NCBI RefSeq assembly: GCF_963506605.1 | Contig: NC_083288.1 | Location: forward strand, 30,132,001-30,196,000 | From: Zootoca vivipara | Taxonomy: Eukaryota | DNA length: 64,000 nt | Direction: 5' to 3' | In this document: in pieces, positions 46,220-57,215 of the stretch | Layout of the letters: each line of letters starts with the position of its first letter | Position numbering within the stretch: position 1 is the stretch's first letter | Made by a program: the position numbers and the translations under genes | Notes under the pieces: generated by a model | What the model was told of the DNA's origin: nothing | Databases searched by the model: none | The model's input: the letters and a program-made list of their open reading frames with translations, nothing else

Positions 46220-47360
46220 GGCAGATGGCTGGGAGGCTGCCTGCTCTTGATGGGGTTACATTCCTTTTGAAGGAGCAGGTACGTAGCTTGGAGGTACTCC
46301 TGGATCCTCTGCTGTCACTTGAGGCTCAGGTGGTGCTGCAGAGTGCCTTCCATCAGCTTCAGCTTGTGGCCCAGCCTAACTTCTATTGTCTATGCTCCAG
46401 TAACCTCTAGGCTAGATTACTGCAACACATTAGACATAGGGCTGCCTCTGAAGATGGTGCCGAAGCTTCCGCTGGTGCAGAATTCAGCAACCACGTTGCT
46501 CACAAGGACAAGATGCTTTGAGCCTATATTATACCGATCCTGACCTGACTTCTGGCTGCCGCTTGTCTTCCAGGCCCAAGTCAAAGTGCTGATTTTTATT
46601 TATAAAGACTTAAATGGCTCAGGACTCTACTACCCCAAGATATAAACCACCCTGGGCCATGTGTTCATAATCTGAGAACCTTCTTCATGTGTCTCCTCCA
46701 CCACAAGAGGTCCAGAGGGTGACAACATGAAAATTGACCTTTTCTGTCGTGGCTCCCCATTTGTGGAATGCTCTCCCCAGGGAGGTTTATCTAATGACTT
46801 CATTATATACAGGTGAAACACGGGAAATCAGAATATCGTCGAAAAGTGCATTTATTTCAGTAATGCAACTTAGAAGGTGAAACCAATAGATGAGATAGAT
46901 GCATGACATGCAAAGCAAGATATGTCAAGCCTTTATTTGTTGTAATTGTAATTATTTCTCGTTAGGCGGGTCAATTATAAATGGGATGTAATTAATGAAA
47001 TGTAATAGCAATGTTTATTTTTGTATTATTGTAACTGTTTGTTTTATTACTGTGGAATTTCCAAAAGAAAGCATTTGTAAAAATTAAAAGAAAAATAATA
47101 ATAAGTTGTATTACTGAAATAAATGCACTTTTCGACGATATTCTAATTTTCCGAGTTTCACCTGTATTTTCCCCATTCAACCAGGCCTTGGCTAATTGAA
47201 ATTCCACAGCCTTTTAAATAAGTCTGTGGGATGGGCTTCAGTTATTGTTTCATTATTTTTGTTTTATGTATTTACTTCTGTTTTTATCTTGTGTTTTATT
47301 ATGTGAAGCACCCTGAGATATTGTGATGAAGGGCAGTATATAAAATTCTAATAAATATAT
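46220..47360 (+). mobile_element. L2 LINE fragment interrupted by a Tc1-like MITE
   Basis: LDGVTFLLKEQVRSLEVLLD, VTSRLDYCN...GLPLK...QLVQN-type peptides; 3' end about 47300-47360. Confidence 0.75.
46810..47164. mobile_element. Tc1/mariner-type non-autonomous element
   Basis: TA|CAGGTGAAAC...GTTTCACCTG|TA with TIRs of about 55 bp. Confidence 0.88.
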
Positions 47361-47600
47361 ATTAGCCAGGGTCAGCCCATCTCGTTTTACCATCTGAAGC
47401 AAAATGAGCAAGTGGCGCCCAACCACATGGCCCACCAAAGCCTCATTTACTGGGGTCTTGCAGCAGTGGTAAAAGTGGGTATGGTGCCCAAAGGGCTGCT
47501 GCCCCATAGGATTCATCCTCCTGAGTTGGCTGCTTCAGGCCAGCCACGTATTACACATTTTCTCATCACTGTCAAAATCCTTTGCTTAATTAAAAATTAC

Positions 47601-48449
47601 CTGCCATGGTTGTGAGTTTGGAAGTTCTGCCACTGCTTTGTGCTTCAGGTTCAATGCATACATTGCATGTAAAGCATGGGCTAACACGTAGGCAGCATTG
47701 TATATACTGTAGCTTTGGGGAGTCATCCTCATTTCAAAAAATGGTCCTGGAAGGCTCTCCAGCTTTTCCTGACCTGTGCAAGTTCCATTGCTCTCTACAG
47801 GTTCCTGGGAATCTGAAAGTAAGCAGTCAAAGGCCTGCTGCCAGAAGTCCTTGATAAAACTGTCTCCACTGAGTGAGTAAGGATTTAAAGGCTGAAGGAA
47901 ATGTTGAAATTCCTCTATCTGATTGGTGTGAACTGCAAAAGACAGGGCTCCCCGAAAGACTTCTATACTCCAGTTTCTGTTAAACTGTAGTGCTGGGAAG
48001 TCCCATTGAGCTGTCAAGATCCATACTCTTCCTAGAGATGTCTCTACCATATTTACTGTTTGTATTTGATACAGTAAGAATATAAAACGAAATGTAGCTG
48101 CAGTTTCTGCAAATACAATCACTGCTTTTGCTCTGTGGTCTTTAACAAAGCAGGCTGTATCTCCTGTTATATGGTACTCATTAAGCAAGTTGGAAAAGTC
48201 TGTCGGGGATGGCATTATGTCAGTGAAAGCCAAACAGATGCCATTCTGGGAAAGCTTTGGAACCAAGGTCTGCACAAAATTCTCTCCTTTATCATTGCCT
48301 GATGTAACGATCCCAACCCATGTCCAGTGGAAATGCAGAAGTAATTGGACAATCAAATGGTACTGATTCTCTTCATTGGGAACCACACGGTAGAGGAAAG
48401 GGAACTGGGTTTTCATACTCTGAGAAGGACCAAATAAAAAATAAGAGAC
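47601..48449 (-). CDS. V2R-A exon 3 (Venus flytrap domain)
   Basis: [11 protein letters not shown]...HFHWTWVG...SYSIYNAAYVLAHALHAM; 849 bp; AG/GT boundaries. Confidence 0.9.
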
Positions 48450-48709
48450 CTACAATAAAATAATATAAAAATATATTCCTGAAAACAGATTGGAAGTGTA
48501 GCATGCTTTCTGAGAGGGTATACTGGAGAAAAATTATTATTTTTCTCTACCACATCAATTTCTCCCAATTTTTAAGAATTTTGAAACTGATTTGTCCACA
48601 TTGCTTCATGGTATTCTAAAATATTATGACTATTAATAGCATACTCTGCATCTTGCAATGCTGAGGACCCTGAAAATGATTGGTTCCATTCCATTCTATA
48701 GTCCTAGGG

Positions 48710-48845
48710 CAGGCACCCCCAAACTGCGGCCCTCCAGATGTTTTGGCCTACAACTCCCATGATCCCTAGCTAACAGGACCAGTGGTCGGGGAAGATGGGA
48801 ATTGTAGTCCAAAACATCTGGAGGGCCGAAGTTTGGGGATGCCTG
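48710..48845. mobile_element. 136-bp hAT MITE
   Basis: Long TIRs CAGGCACCCCCAAAC...GTTTGGGGATGCCTG; perfect TSD tcctaggg. Confidence 0.92.
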
Positions 48846-49149
48846 TCCTAGGGCAAATATTGGACAGGACACTCTAACTCATCCTTCAAGCAGTCCCCAA
48901 AGTATTTCGTAAAGGCAGAAATGTCTCTGTCCGCATTCTAGGATGTGAAAAGCAGAAATGCTGAGAAGGCCTTTCTTGAGCTAAGTCAATACACCACTGT
49001 GAAAAAGATACAGGATTTGTGACTTCTTGTTGGTAGGCGCACTGGACAATCATTCACTGATTGGTATTCTTACCCTCTCTTCACTGTAAGGTCCCTGGGT
49101 AAATCACGACATTGTGAAAATGCAGTATTAAAATCAGTTAGAACAGTAA

Positions 49150-49690
49150 GTCTGTTCCTATCCAGATAGGGCTTGAGAACATGTCAAACCTCTACAACAA
49201 CTCCTTCTGCAAGGTTTGGGAGAGCTGTTTTGTTTTGTTTTTTGTTTTTTGTTTGTGACTCTGTCCTGCCATGTGATGCCCAAAACAAAACAAAAGTCCC
49301 CTGATGCAGCACATGTGGAAGGAATTGAAGCATCACTCCTGGAAGTTGTAAATTGCCCACAACTCACTTCTATAAAGCAACACACAATCCTGGTAGACCT
49401 TCATCTTGCTATTGGTAGTTAGAATCACATTCTCCCTTTTGGGGAGGTGAGCCGTAGCTGCCTTGCCACTATGCTTGTTCAGTTCAGCATCGATTAAGAA
49501 ATTGCTGGTGATGGAAGGACACAATCATCTTGTGAAACTTAGATGGGAACCCTATCTTGCTGAGCAGTGTAAAGAGTCCCTTTTGGCTGACAAGGCCAAG
49601 GGCATTCATTAGGTTTATGAAGGTAATGTAAAAGAGGCACCTGTGCTTTCGGCATTTTTTCTGCAGTTTACATAGTGAGAAAATCATGCT
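49150..49690 (-). mobile_element. RTE-clade (BovB-like) LINE fragment, degenerate
   Basis: MIFSLCKLQKKCRKH...YITFINLMNALGLVS...KIGFPSK and ILGITWQDRVTN-like peptides. Confidence 0.75.
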
Positions 49691-49715
49691 GATTGTTAAC
49701 TTCTAAGTTCTAAAT

Positions 49716-49966
49716 CAGGGGTAGGCAACCTAAGGCCCGTGGGCCAGATGCGGCCCAATCGCCTTCTCAATCTGGCCCACGAATGGTCCAGGAATCAGTG
49801 TGTTTTTACATGAGCAGAATGCTTCCTTTTATTTAAAATGCATATCTGGGTTATTTGTGGGGCATAGGAATTCGTTCATTTCCCCCCCCCCAAAATATAA
49901 TCCGGCCACCACATGGTCTGAGGGACAGTGGACCAGCCCACGGCTGAAAAAGGTTGCTGACCCCTG
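49716..49966. mobile_element. hAT MITE
   Basis: CAGGGGTAGGCAACC...GGTTGCTGACCCCTG; TSD ttctaaat/ttctatag. Confidence 0.85.
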
Positions 49967-50255
49967 TTCTATAGTGACTCAGGGAAGACTCTGTCAGTGA
50001 GATAGAAATTTCTAATATATTCTACTTTGGGTCTGCCCCTTTCTCTTACATATTACCACAAAAAGAGCACTGGAACAAGTTTAATGGACTTAAATTCAAA
50101 GAACTGTCTCATCAGGCAAGATATACAACAATAAATACACACACACACCCCAATACACTCAAATTATCCTATATAAGCTTCTGGTTATGGTAGAACTCAG
50201 GTAGACAAAATTGTCTACCACCTTATATGTGTGTGGTACTTGTGTATTCCAAGTA

Positions 50256-50586
50256 CAGTGGTACCTCGGTACACCATTGGTTCTGGAAGTCTGTACTTAA
50301 CCTGAAGCATACTTAACCTGAAGCGAACTTTCCCATTGAAAGTAATGGAAAGTGGATTAATCTGTTCCAGACGGGTCTGCAGAGTACTCAACCTGAAGCG
50401 TACTTAACCTGAAGTATGAGTGTAATTGGTTCTGGAAGTCCGTATTTAACCTGAAGCGTACTTAACCTGAAGCGAACTTTCCCATTGAAAGTAATGGAAA
50501 GTGGATTAATCTGTTCCAGACAGGTCCGTGGAGTACTTAAACTGAAAGTACTCAAACCGAGGTGTACTTAAACCGAGGTATGACTG
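50256..50586. mobile_element. Tigger/pogo-like MITE with an internal duplication
   Basis: TA|CAGTGGTACCTCGG...CCGAGGTATGACTG|TA. Confidence 0.88.
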
Positions 50587-50675
50587 TATCATTAGGCAAG
50601 ATATACCACCATGACTCATTCCACCCCCCGCACTCCATTTTCCTTCACAGGCTTCTCCATGCCTCACATACATAC

Positions 50676-50967
50676 CTGAGGAAGCTTATATGTGCTTAAG
50701 ATGGTAGCCATGCAAAGGGAGGTTTCAGAGTCAAGTCCCCCAATGACAGCTATTATATTTTTCTTTGTATCACACTTGTAGTTGGGTACCATTTCTTTCA
50801 CTTTAAAAAGAAGGTTAAGTGTAGTCTGGTAGGTCATCTTATCATTGAAGTAGCTGTCATAGATGTGTAATCCTAATGTAGCATTTGGTAAGATCTTGGA
50901 ATCCTCGTTAATCTCCTTCACTGCAAACAGCAAGGCCAGGACATGCTGGTAGTATTTTGTCACTACG
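50676..50967 (-). CDS. V2R-A exon 2
   Basis: [34 protein letters not shown]...KLPQ; AG/GT boundaries; 292 bp as in gene B. Confidence 0.9.
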
Positions 50968-51466
50968 CTGTAAAGAAAGCATAGGCCACATCACATCACA
51001 ATAATGTTCCAGATATAATGAACTGCCTGCCATGTTCACATTGTTCTTCCACAGGCATCTGTTTTCTGAAATGCCCATTAGTAGAATATAAAGCTTTAGA
51101 ATCAATCTACACACACAGCTTCAAAAAGATAAAAATTTAAACAAAAATATTTGGGGTGTTTTAATAGTTTTAAATTGTTTTTAGTATTGCAAGATGCTTT
51201 GTTTGGCTGATAAAAGGAAGCACATTTAGACTCATAGAATTGTGGAGATGGTAGAGACAATGCCCTGCAAGACAGAGCTTCTCAACCTTTTGCGAAGATG
51301 GAATTGGGTCAAAGCATCCTTCAATCAGTTCTGTCTCCATGTTCATATTTCAAAATCAGATTGTAGAGAAGACAATGAAATAAATCATGAAATAAAGACT
51401 TGTGGGAAATTCAGAAATGGAAAGAACTAATAATAATTTTGTGCCATTTCATATATTCTTGAAATA

Positions 51467-51818
51467 TAAAGGTAAAGGTAAAGGGACCCCTGACCATTAG
51501 GTCCAGTCGTGACCAACTCTGGGGTTGCGCGCTCATCTCGCATTATTGGCCGAGGGAGCCGGCGTATAGCTTCCAGGTCATGTGGCCAGCATTACAAAGC
51601 CGCTTCTGGCAAACCAGAGCAGCACATGGAAACGCCGTTTACCTTCCCGCTGTAGCGGTTCCTATTTATCTACTTGCATTTTGATGTGCTTTCGAACTGC
51701 TAGGTTGGCAGGAGCTGGGACCAAGCAACGGGAGCTCACCCCGTCACAGGGATTCGAACCGCCGACCTTCTGATCAGCGAGCCCTAGGCTCAGTGGTTTA
51801 ACCACAGCGCCACCTGGG
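51467..51818 (-). mobile_element. Sauria SINE (V2R-A intron 1)
   Basis: (ACCTTT)n tail and tRNA-like head. Confidence 0.93.
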
Positions 51819-52128
51819 AAGCAAAAACCAAAAGGAGAAGAGTATATGATATATAACAGAGTATAGCTGATAAGAAGGTCAGGTGGATATTTAGAAATCT
51901 GTAGAGAAATGTGAAAGGCAGAGAAATTGGTAGACTCCTAAACAACTGCTTATACTCACAGTAGACACACTGGAATTAATGTACTAAAGTTTCTCCAATG
52001 CATTGATTCCACTGATTCTTATCTGAGTATGACCAAACCTGGATATAACACTGTCTTTCTGTTATCTACCTGTGATTGTTAGAGTGTGACCATAAACATT
52101 TTTGGGAGTAAAATGATAATTTCCTTAC

Positions 52129-52358
52129 AGGACATCTTCAATAAACATTAAATTGGGGTGTTGCTTGAAGGATATAGTGTCAAAAAAGGAGAAGAATTGT
52201 GAAAATATACTGCCAATGATGAGGTCACCTTGCTGATAATACTCATGTGGGATCCGGAGGGGATCTCTCATGTTGCAAGTAAAGGGAGGCGCCTTGCAAT
52301 CAGTTAGGGGAAGAAACACCAGCCATACAATCAGTAGGCACACCAACAAGATCAGCAT
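52129..52358 (-). CDS. V2R-A exon 1 (signal peptide, HEYYQQGDLIIG)
   Basis: ATG at 52358, hydrophobic leader, donor CT|gtaagg. Confidence 0.88.
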
Positions 52359-52930
52359 TACAACTGTAGGTGTGAATCTCTTTCTTCTGTAACAATATCC
52401 ACTGCTCCAACCTACTTCTTTAGTATACAATGTCCCCCCTTTAGAGCACACAGTCACAATGTCTCTACATCCTACTGGTCAATGGCGACACTTTGCATCC
52501 TATCAAACTCCCAGCAGCATTGCTTGTCCAGTCTGTCACCCTGCAGTCTGAAAAACACAGGCATGTTTCATACCTGTTTTCACCATGATTGCTTTTTATG
52601 AGAGTGGTCACTGAAAATGCATGCCATCTTGGCAAGGAAGAAGATTGCCATAATTTTAGATAATTTTAGATAATTTCAGGGTTCATAATTAGGTCCCCAT
52701 TGCATTCTGCTCATAGAGAACAGAGCAGCTGAAGAAAACTTATTTATTAGTTGTAATCTCATAGTTTTTGTTTATGGAGTCAGGTGCAACACTAGGACTT
52801 AGGGTGGAATTGAGAAAGAAAATATATCCAGAAGCATTAGTTCTGGGGATGAATTCATAATGCAGGGATAGGGAAATGTTAACTCTGCAGATGTTGTTGG
52901 ACTCTCATTCCTTTTATCCCCAGATAGTAT

Positions 52931-53280
52931 GGGACCCAGGTGGCGCTGTTGGTTAAACCACTGAACCTAGGGCTTGTTGATCAGAAGGTCTGCGGTTCGA
53001 ATCCCTGTGACGGGGTGAGCTCCCATTGCTTGGTCCCAGCTCCTGCTAACCTAGCAGTTTGAAAGCACGTCAAAATGCAAGTAGATAAATAGGAACCGCT
53101 ACAGTGGGAAGGTAAATAGCATTTCCATGTGCTGCTCTGGTTTGCCAGAAGCGGCTTTGTCATGCTGGCCACATGACCTGGAAGCTATATGCTGGCTCCC
53201 TCGGCCAATAATGCGAGATGAGCGCGCAACCCCAGAGTCGGTCACAACTGGACCTAATGGTCAGGGGTCCCTTTACCTTT
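52931..53280 (+). mobile_element. Sauria SINE, full length
   Basis: GGGACCCAGGTGGCGCTG...CCCTTTACCTTT; TSD tagtatgg. Confidence 0.93.
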
Positions 53281-53350
53281 AGTATGGACAATGGTGAAGC
53301 TAGAAGACTCTCAGATGACCCAAGGAACCTAAAGCAGCTGTGCAAAAAAT

Positions 53351-53706
53351 GCTATTGTGGACCTTGAAACAATTTCGATTATTTGGAACTTCATATTTGG
53401 CCTCCTAGTGGCATATGATCACTAGGTTGCTATTTGCAAACTATTTCAATATCAGTCAATTATGTGCAAAGGAGCCTGTATATGCATGGTAGTGATTGTG
53501 AGGATTATTTGTCTTTTATGTACCATGTTACATATTGGGAGCACCTTCTGTTCTAATGCTGTTAATCAGTTCTTCTGTTAAATCCCATCATTACTGAAGC
53601 TTTCCTGCTCAAATGTCTACCTGGTTGAAGTTGGGATTCTTGTGTTAAGCTCTAGTATAGCACTAGGTTGTTTCGTTTTCATCATCTTAAATTATTATTA
53701 TTATTT

Positions 53707-53737
<31 letters not shown>

Positions 53738-54065
53738 TTTGTACCCCATCCATCTGGCTGGGTTTCCCCAGCCACTCTGGGCGGCTTCCAACAAAGATTT
53801 AAAATACATTAAAATGTTACACATTAAAAAGTTCCCTGAACAGGGCTGCCTTCAGATTTCTTCTAAATGTCAGGTAGTCATTTAGCTCTTTGACATCTGA
53901 TGGGAGGGTGTTCCACAGGGCAGGTGCCACTACCAAGAAGGCCCTCTGCCTGGTTCCCTGTAGCTTTGCTTCTCGCAGTGAGGGAACCTCCAGAAGGCCC
54001 TCGGCACTGGACCTCAGTGTCTGGGCAGATATATTCAGATCTTTCCTACAGTGCTCAAAATCCCT
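53351..54065 (+). pseudogene. Fragmented OR14-like pseudogene, interrupted by an L2
   Basis: Hand translation: AIVDLETIS / FGTSYLA / VAYDH*VAICKLFQYQSIMCKGACICMV...HIGSTFCSNAVNQFFC*IPSLLKLSCSNVYLVEVGILVLSSSIALGCFVFIIL (to about 53690). It resumes after the L2 as YIQIFPTVLKIP (54030-54065). Stops at 53423 and 53579. Confidence 0.9.
53691..54029 (-). mobile_element. L2 LINE 3' end inserted in the OR14 pseudogene
   Basis: (TTTA)n tail, then the reverse complement of the 3' end seen at 16895-17137. Confidence 0.85.
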
Positions 54066-54746
54066 TGATTATTGTAACTCGCTCTACGCGGGACTGCCCT
54101 TGAAACTGACCCAGAAACTCAAGCGGGTGCAGAATGCCACGGCGAGACTCCTTACGGGGTCCTCACCGCGAGATCACATTCATCCAGTGCTTTACCAGCT
54201 GCACTGGCTCCTGGTGGAGTACAGGGTCAGGTTTAAGGTGCTGGTTTTGACCTTTAAAGCCTTATGCGGCTTAGGACCCTTGTACCTACGGGACCGCCTC
54301 TCCCGGTATGCCCTGCAGAGGACATTAAAGTCCACAAATAATAACATACTGGAGATCCTGAGTCACAAGGTGGTTAGACTGGCCTCGACCAGGACCAGGG
54401 CCTTCTCAGTACTAGCCCCGACCTGGTGGAACGCTCTCTCTCAGGAGACTAGGGCCCAGCGGGAGCTGTCATCTTTTCGTAGGGCCTGCAAGACAGAACT
54501 GACTGTTCCGCTTGCCATTTGGACTGACTCAGTCTGACCCCTGTGTTACCCTCCCCTAAGGCTTTATCCTTTTGCACTTGTAGATTCCTAATTTTATAAT
54601 TGAATTTTAACATTGTATTTAATCTGCATTTTAATTGAATTGTTTCTTTTATGCTTGCTTTGATATTCCTGTTGTTAGCCGCCCTGAGCCCGGTCTTGAC
54701 TGGGAAGGGCGGGGTATAAATAAAATTGTTGTTGTTGTTGTTGTTG
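54064..54746 (+). mobile_element. L2 LINE 3' fragment with (GTT)n tail
   Basis: LDYCNSLYAGLP...QNATARLLTG...LHWLLVEYRVRFKVLVLTFKAL...RAFSVLAPTWWNAL. Confidence 0.9.
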
Positions 54747-55083
54747 TGTTTGTCTTTTATATGCCATGTTATTGTCTAGATTCCAACCCACACACCTGGT
54801 TAGTAAGAGTGCAATTTACACATACAAGGCAGCATGTGAATAGACCCTTCCCTGCACCCCCTCCTGCTTATGTAAATTATGCTTCCCACTTTCCCCCAGC
54901 AGCTTTTGGGCAGACTGGAGCGAGTGTGATATAAATGAGCAAGATGGCACTTCATATGTCTATTCTCCCCACCAGAATCACAATGCAAGATTTTGCAGAG
55001 GCAGGAAGATCAGCAGCTGTGGGTAACATTCAGGGCAGCTACAAGGAAGACCCACCAGGGCTGTGAGCTTTAATGATGTACAC

Positions 55084-55219
55084 CAGGTATCCCCAAACTG
55101 TGGCCCTCCAGATGTTTTGGCCTACAACTCCCATGATACCTAGCTAACAGGACCAGTGGTCAGGGATGATGGGAACTGTAGTCCAAAACATCTGGAGGGC
55201 CGAAGTTTGGGGATGCCTG
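55084..55219. mobile_element. 136-bp hAT MITE (same family as 48710)
   Basis: TSD atgtacac/atctacac; empty site at the paralogous position about 33782. Confidence 0.9.
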
Positions 55220-55536
55220 ATCTACACTGAGAATGAAATAGGCTACAGTAAGCCGTGAGTTGAGTTTAAAAGCTGCTCTAATGAATGATTAATGAACAGT
55301 TTATGGTTTCAGACCAGGTATGTGGTTATTTCCTCTTTTTACTGTATATAATGTTGTAATTCTACACATTAGGTCTTTAGTCAGTTGGTGGGTGGGTGCA
55401 ATGGCTCTCACATATGAAAAACTGAAGCAGGATTCCTTTTCAGATGTTCCATTTTCTGAAAGCAGAACTTTATCAAAAAAAACTTTATCACAAATGCATG
55501 CCCCAAATTTCTTATACCATTCTTGCTCCGTCACTC

Positions 55537-56035
55537 TGTCAGGGGCTGATCTGGATTGGAAGATTGGGGAATGCAATCATAGGGAGATCAGCTCCTAACA
55601 GAAGAGGGGGAATATTCGCCACCACCACCCTGCTTCCAGCGTTTCCAGAAGCAGAGAGACATGCAGACACAGAGACTGCTCAGTTGAGAGAGGAGCTACC
55701 CAGCTACGAGACAGTACCTAAGCAACCAGTATGGAGGGAGCAGCTGGGTGATACATCAATAGAGAGTGGGGAAGAACACCCTCCCTCCCCCTGAACTCAT
55801 AGATTTGAGCGTGTCAGAGAACAGAGGAGATGCAGGGGGGGAGGAACTTCCTGTTGGCACACTTCTTGCTGTGAAAGTGGGGAGGAGTCAGAGTAGGCAA
55901 CTGATATCCTTGCAGAGGGTTCCTGTTTGTGCTTCCAACACAATGCTGTAATAAAAGGACAATAAATCTACCATATGCTCGTTAATTCTTATTGTTGAGC
56001 TACCAGAAGGGAAAAGGAAACTCCCATACTTGACA
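55537..56035 (+). mobile_element. Solo LTR (Gypsy-type)
   Basis: TGTCA...TGACA, AATAAA about 55950 and 55961, TSD cactc/cactt; absent at the paralogous site about 35557. Confidence 0.85.
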
Positions 56036-56059
56036 CACTTGTTTTCTTGTCCTCAGTCT

Positions 56060-56195
56060 CATATGCACAATTCTTAGTAACATCACACTTTTGTGGGGTA
56101 TTTTTGGTTACAGTTCCAGGGCACTATGATCCTGAATTGAAAAGAAAATATCTCAAGAACAGTCGTGACCAATACAATTTGTATAATAAATATCA
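56060..56195 (+). pseudogene. OR6-like gene remnant: acceptor, ATG and 15 codons fused to the 3' UTR poly(A) region
   Basis: 56062-56169 aligns to 35582-35688. ATG at 56126 reads ATG ATC CTG AAT TGA. 56178-56195 (tttgtataataaatatca) matches the OR6 3' UTRs at about 29584 and 36738. Confidence 0.85.
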
Positions 56196-56316
56196 AGGAA
56201 GTGAAGAACAATATCCTAGTTTCTAACTTTTACTTATCTTTTCCTCAGAATTCAAAATCAGTAATGAGGGACTCATCAATATCTCAGAAGAAATGTATGA
56301 CATGAACTACTTCCTT

Positions 56317-57215
56317 CTACTTCCTTCTTGTTAAGTGTTCCTTGTTGTTCAGCTCAGGCTTCATGATAATTATATAGCATTTCGGAAAAAAGATGCAAGT
56401 CAGCAACCCAGCACTGGAGGATAAGATGGAGAAGATCTCCACAGCCACCATGTATTTTCCCTTTGTGCTCAGGTAAGTTGGCACAAAAGAGACCCACACA
56501 CTGCAAAACACCAACATGCTGAAAGTGATGAACTTGGCTTCATTAAAAGTGTTGGGCAAAGACCTAGCAAGAAAAGCCACAACAAAGCTGACAAGAGCCA
56601 GAAGTCCCATGTAGCCAAGAACAAAATAAAACATAAGGGCAGACCCTTCATTACATTCAACCACAATTTCTTTAGATAAAGTGTCCATGGCCAAATGTGG
56701 GAATGGGGGAGCAGTACAGAGCCACACAGTACAAAGAGCTCCTTGAATGAAGGAACAGGAGAAAACAATAGAAGCTGCCAGTCTTTTCCCCACCCAGTTC
56801 CTCATCCTGGATCCTGGGCGTGTGGCCATGAATGCTAAAACCACAGTGATAGTTTTTGCCAGCACAGAAGAAACAGCCACCGTGAAGATGATGCCAAAAG
56901 CTGTTTGCCTTAAGAGGCAGGTTACTGTTTGAGGTTTCCCAATAAACAGGAAAGAACAGAGGAAGCAGAGCAGGAGGGCAATGAGCAGAGTGTAGCTAAG
57001 CCCTCGGTTGTTGGCTTTGACAATGGGAGTGTTGTGGTATTTAACGAACATCACTAGCACCAAAGCTGAGAGCACAGAAAATGAAAGTACAATAAAAGCT
57101 AAAGTGATGCTCAAAACTTCATTGTAAGCTAAAAAATTTAAAGCCTTTGGTAGACATCCATCTTGGTCTCCATTTGGATACTGATCTTCTGGGCATTCAA
57201 TACAATTGTCCATTC
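56317..57215 (-). CDS. V2R-B exon 6 (7TM)
   Basis: [37 protein letters not shown]. Confidence 0.93.

Larger units (their letters stand above)
42194..52358 (-). pseudogene. Vomeronasal type-2 receptor (V2R, class C GPCR) gene A, six exons, frameshifted in exon 6
   Basis: Exons 52358-52129 (230), 50967-50676 (292), 48449-47601 (849), 45609-45388 (222), 43476-43350 (127, GC donor), 43094-42194 (901). A 1-bp deletion at 42656/42657 relative to paralog B (gaagctccag vs gaagctgccag) splits the 7TM between two ORFs. Confidence 0.88.

Noticed and set aside
50290-50560. CRISPR-like spaced repeats (tacttaacctgaagc)
   Set aside because: Internal repeats of a pogo-like MITE in vertebrate DNA; the spacers are duplicated and there are no cas genes.
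52931-53010. tRNA genes at GGTTCGAATCCC motifs
   Set aside because: These are SINE heads with bodies, tails and TSDs, with no full cloverleaf.
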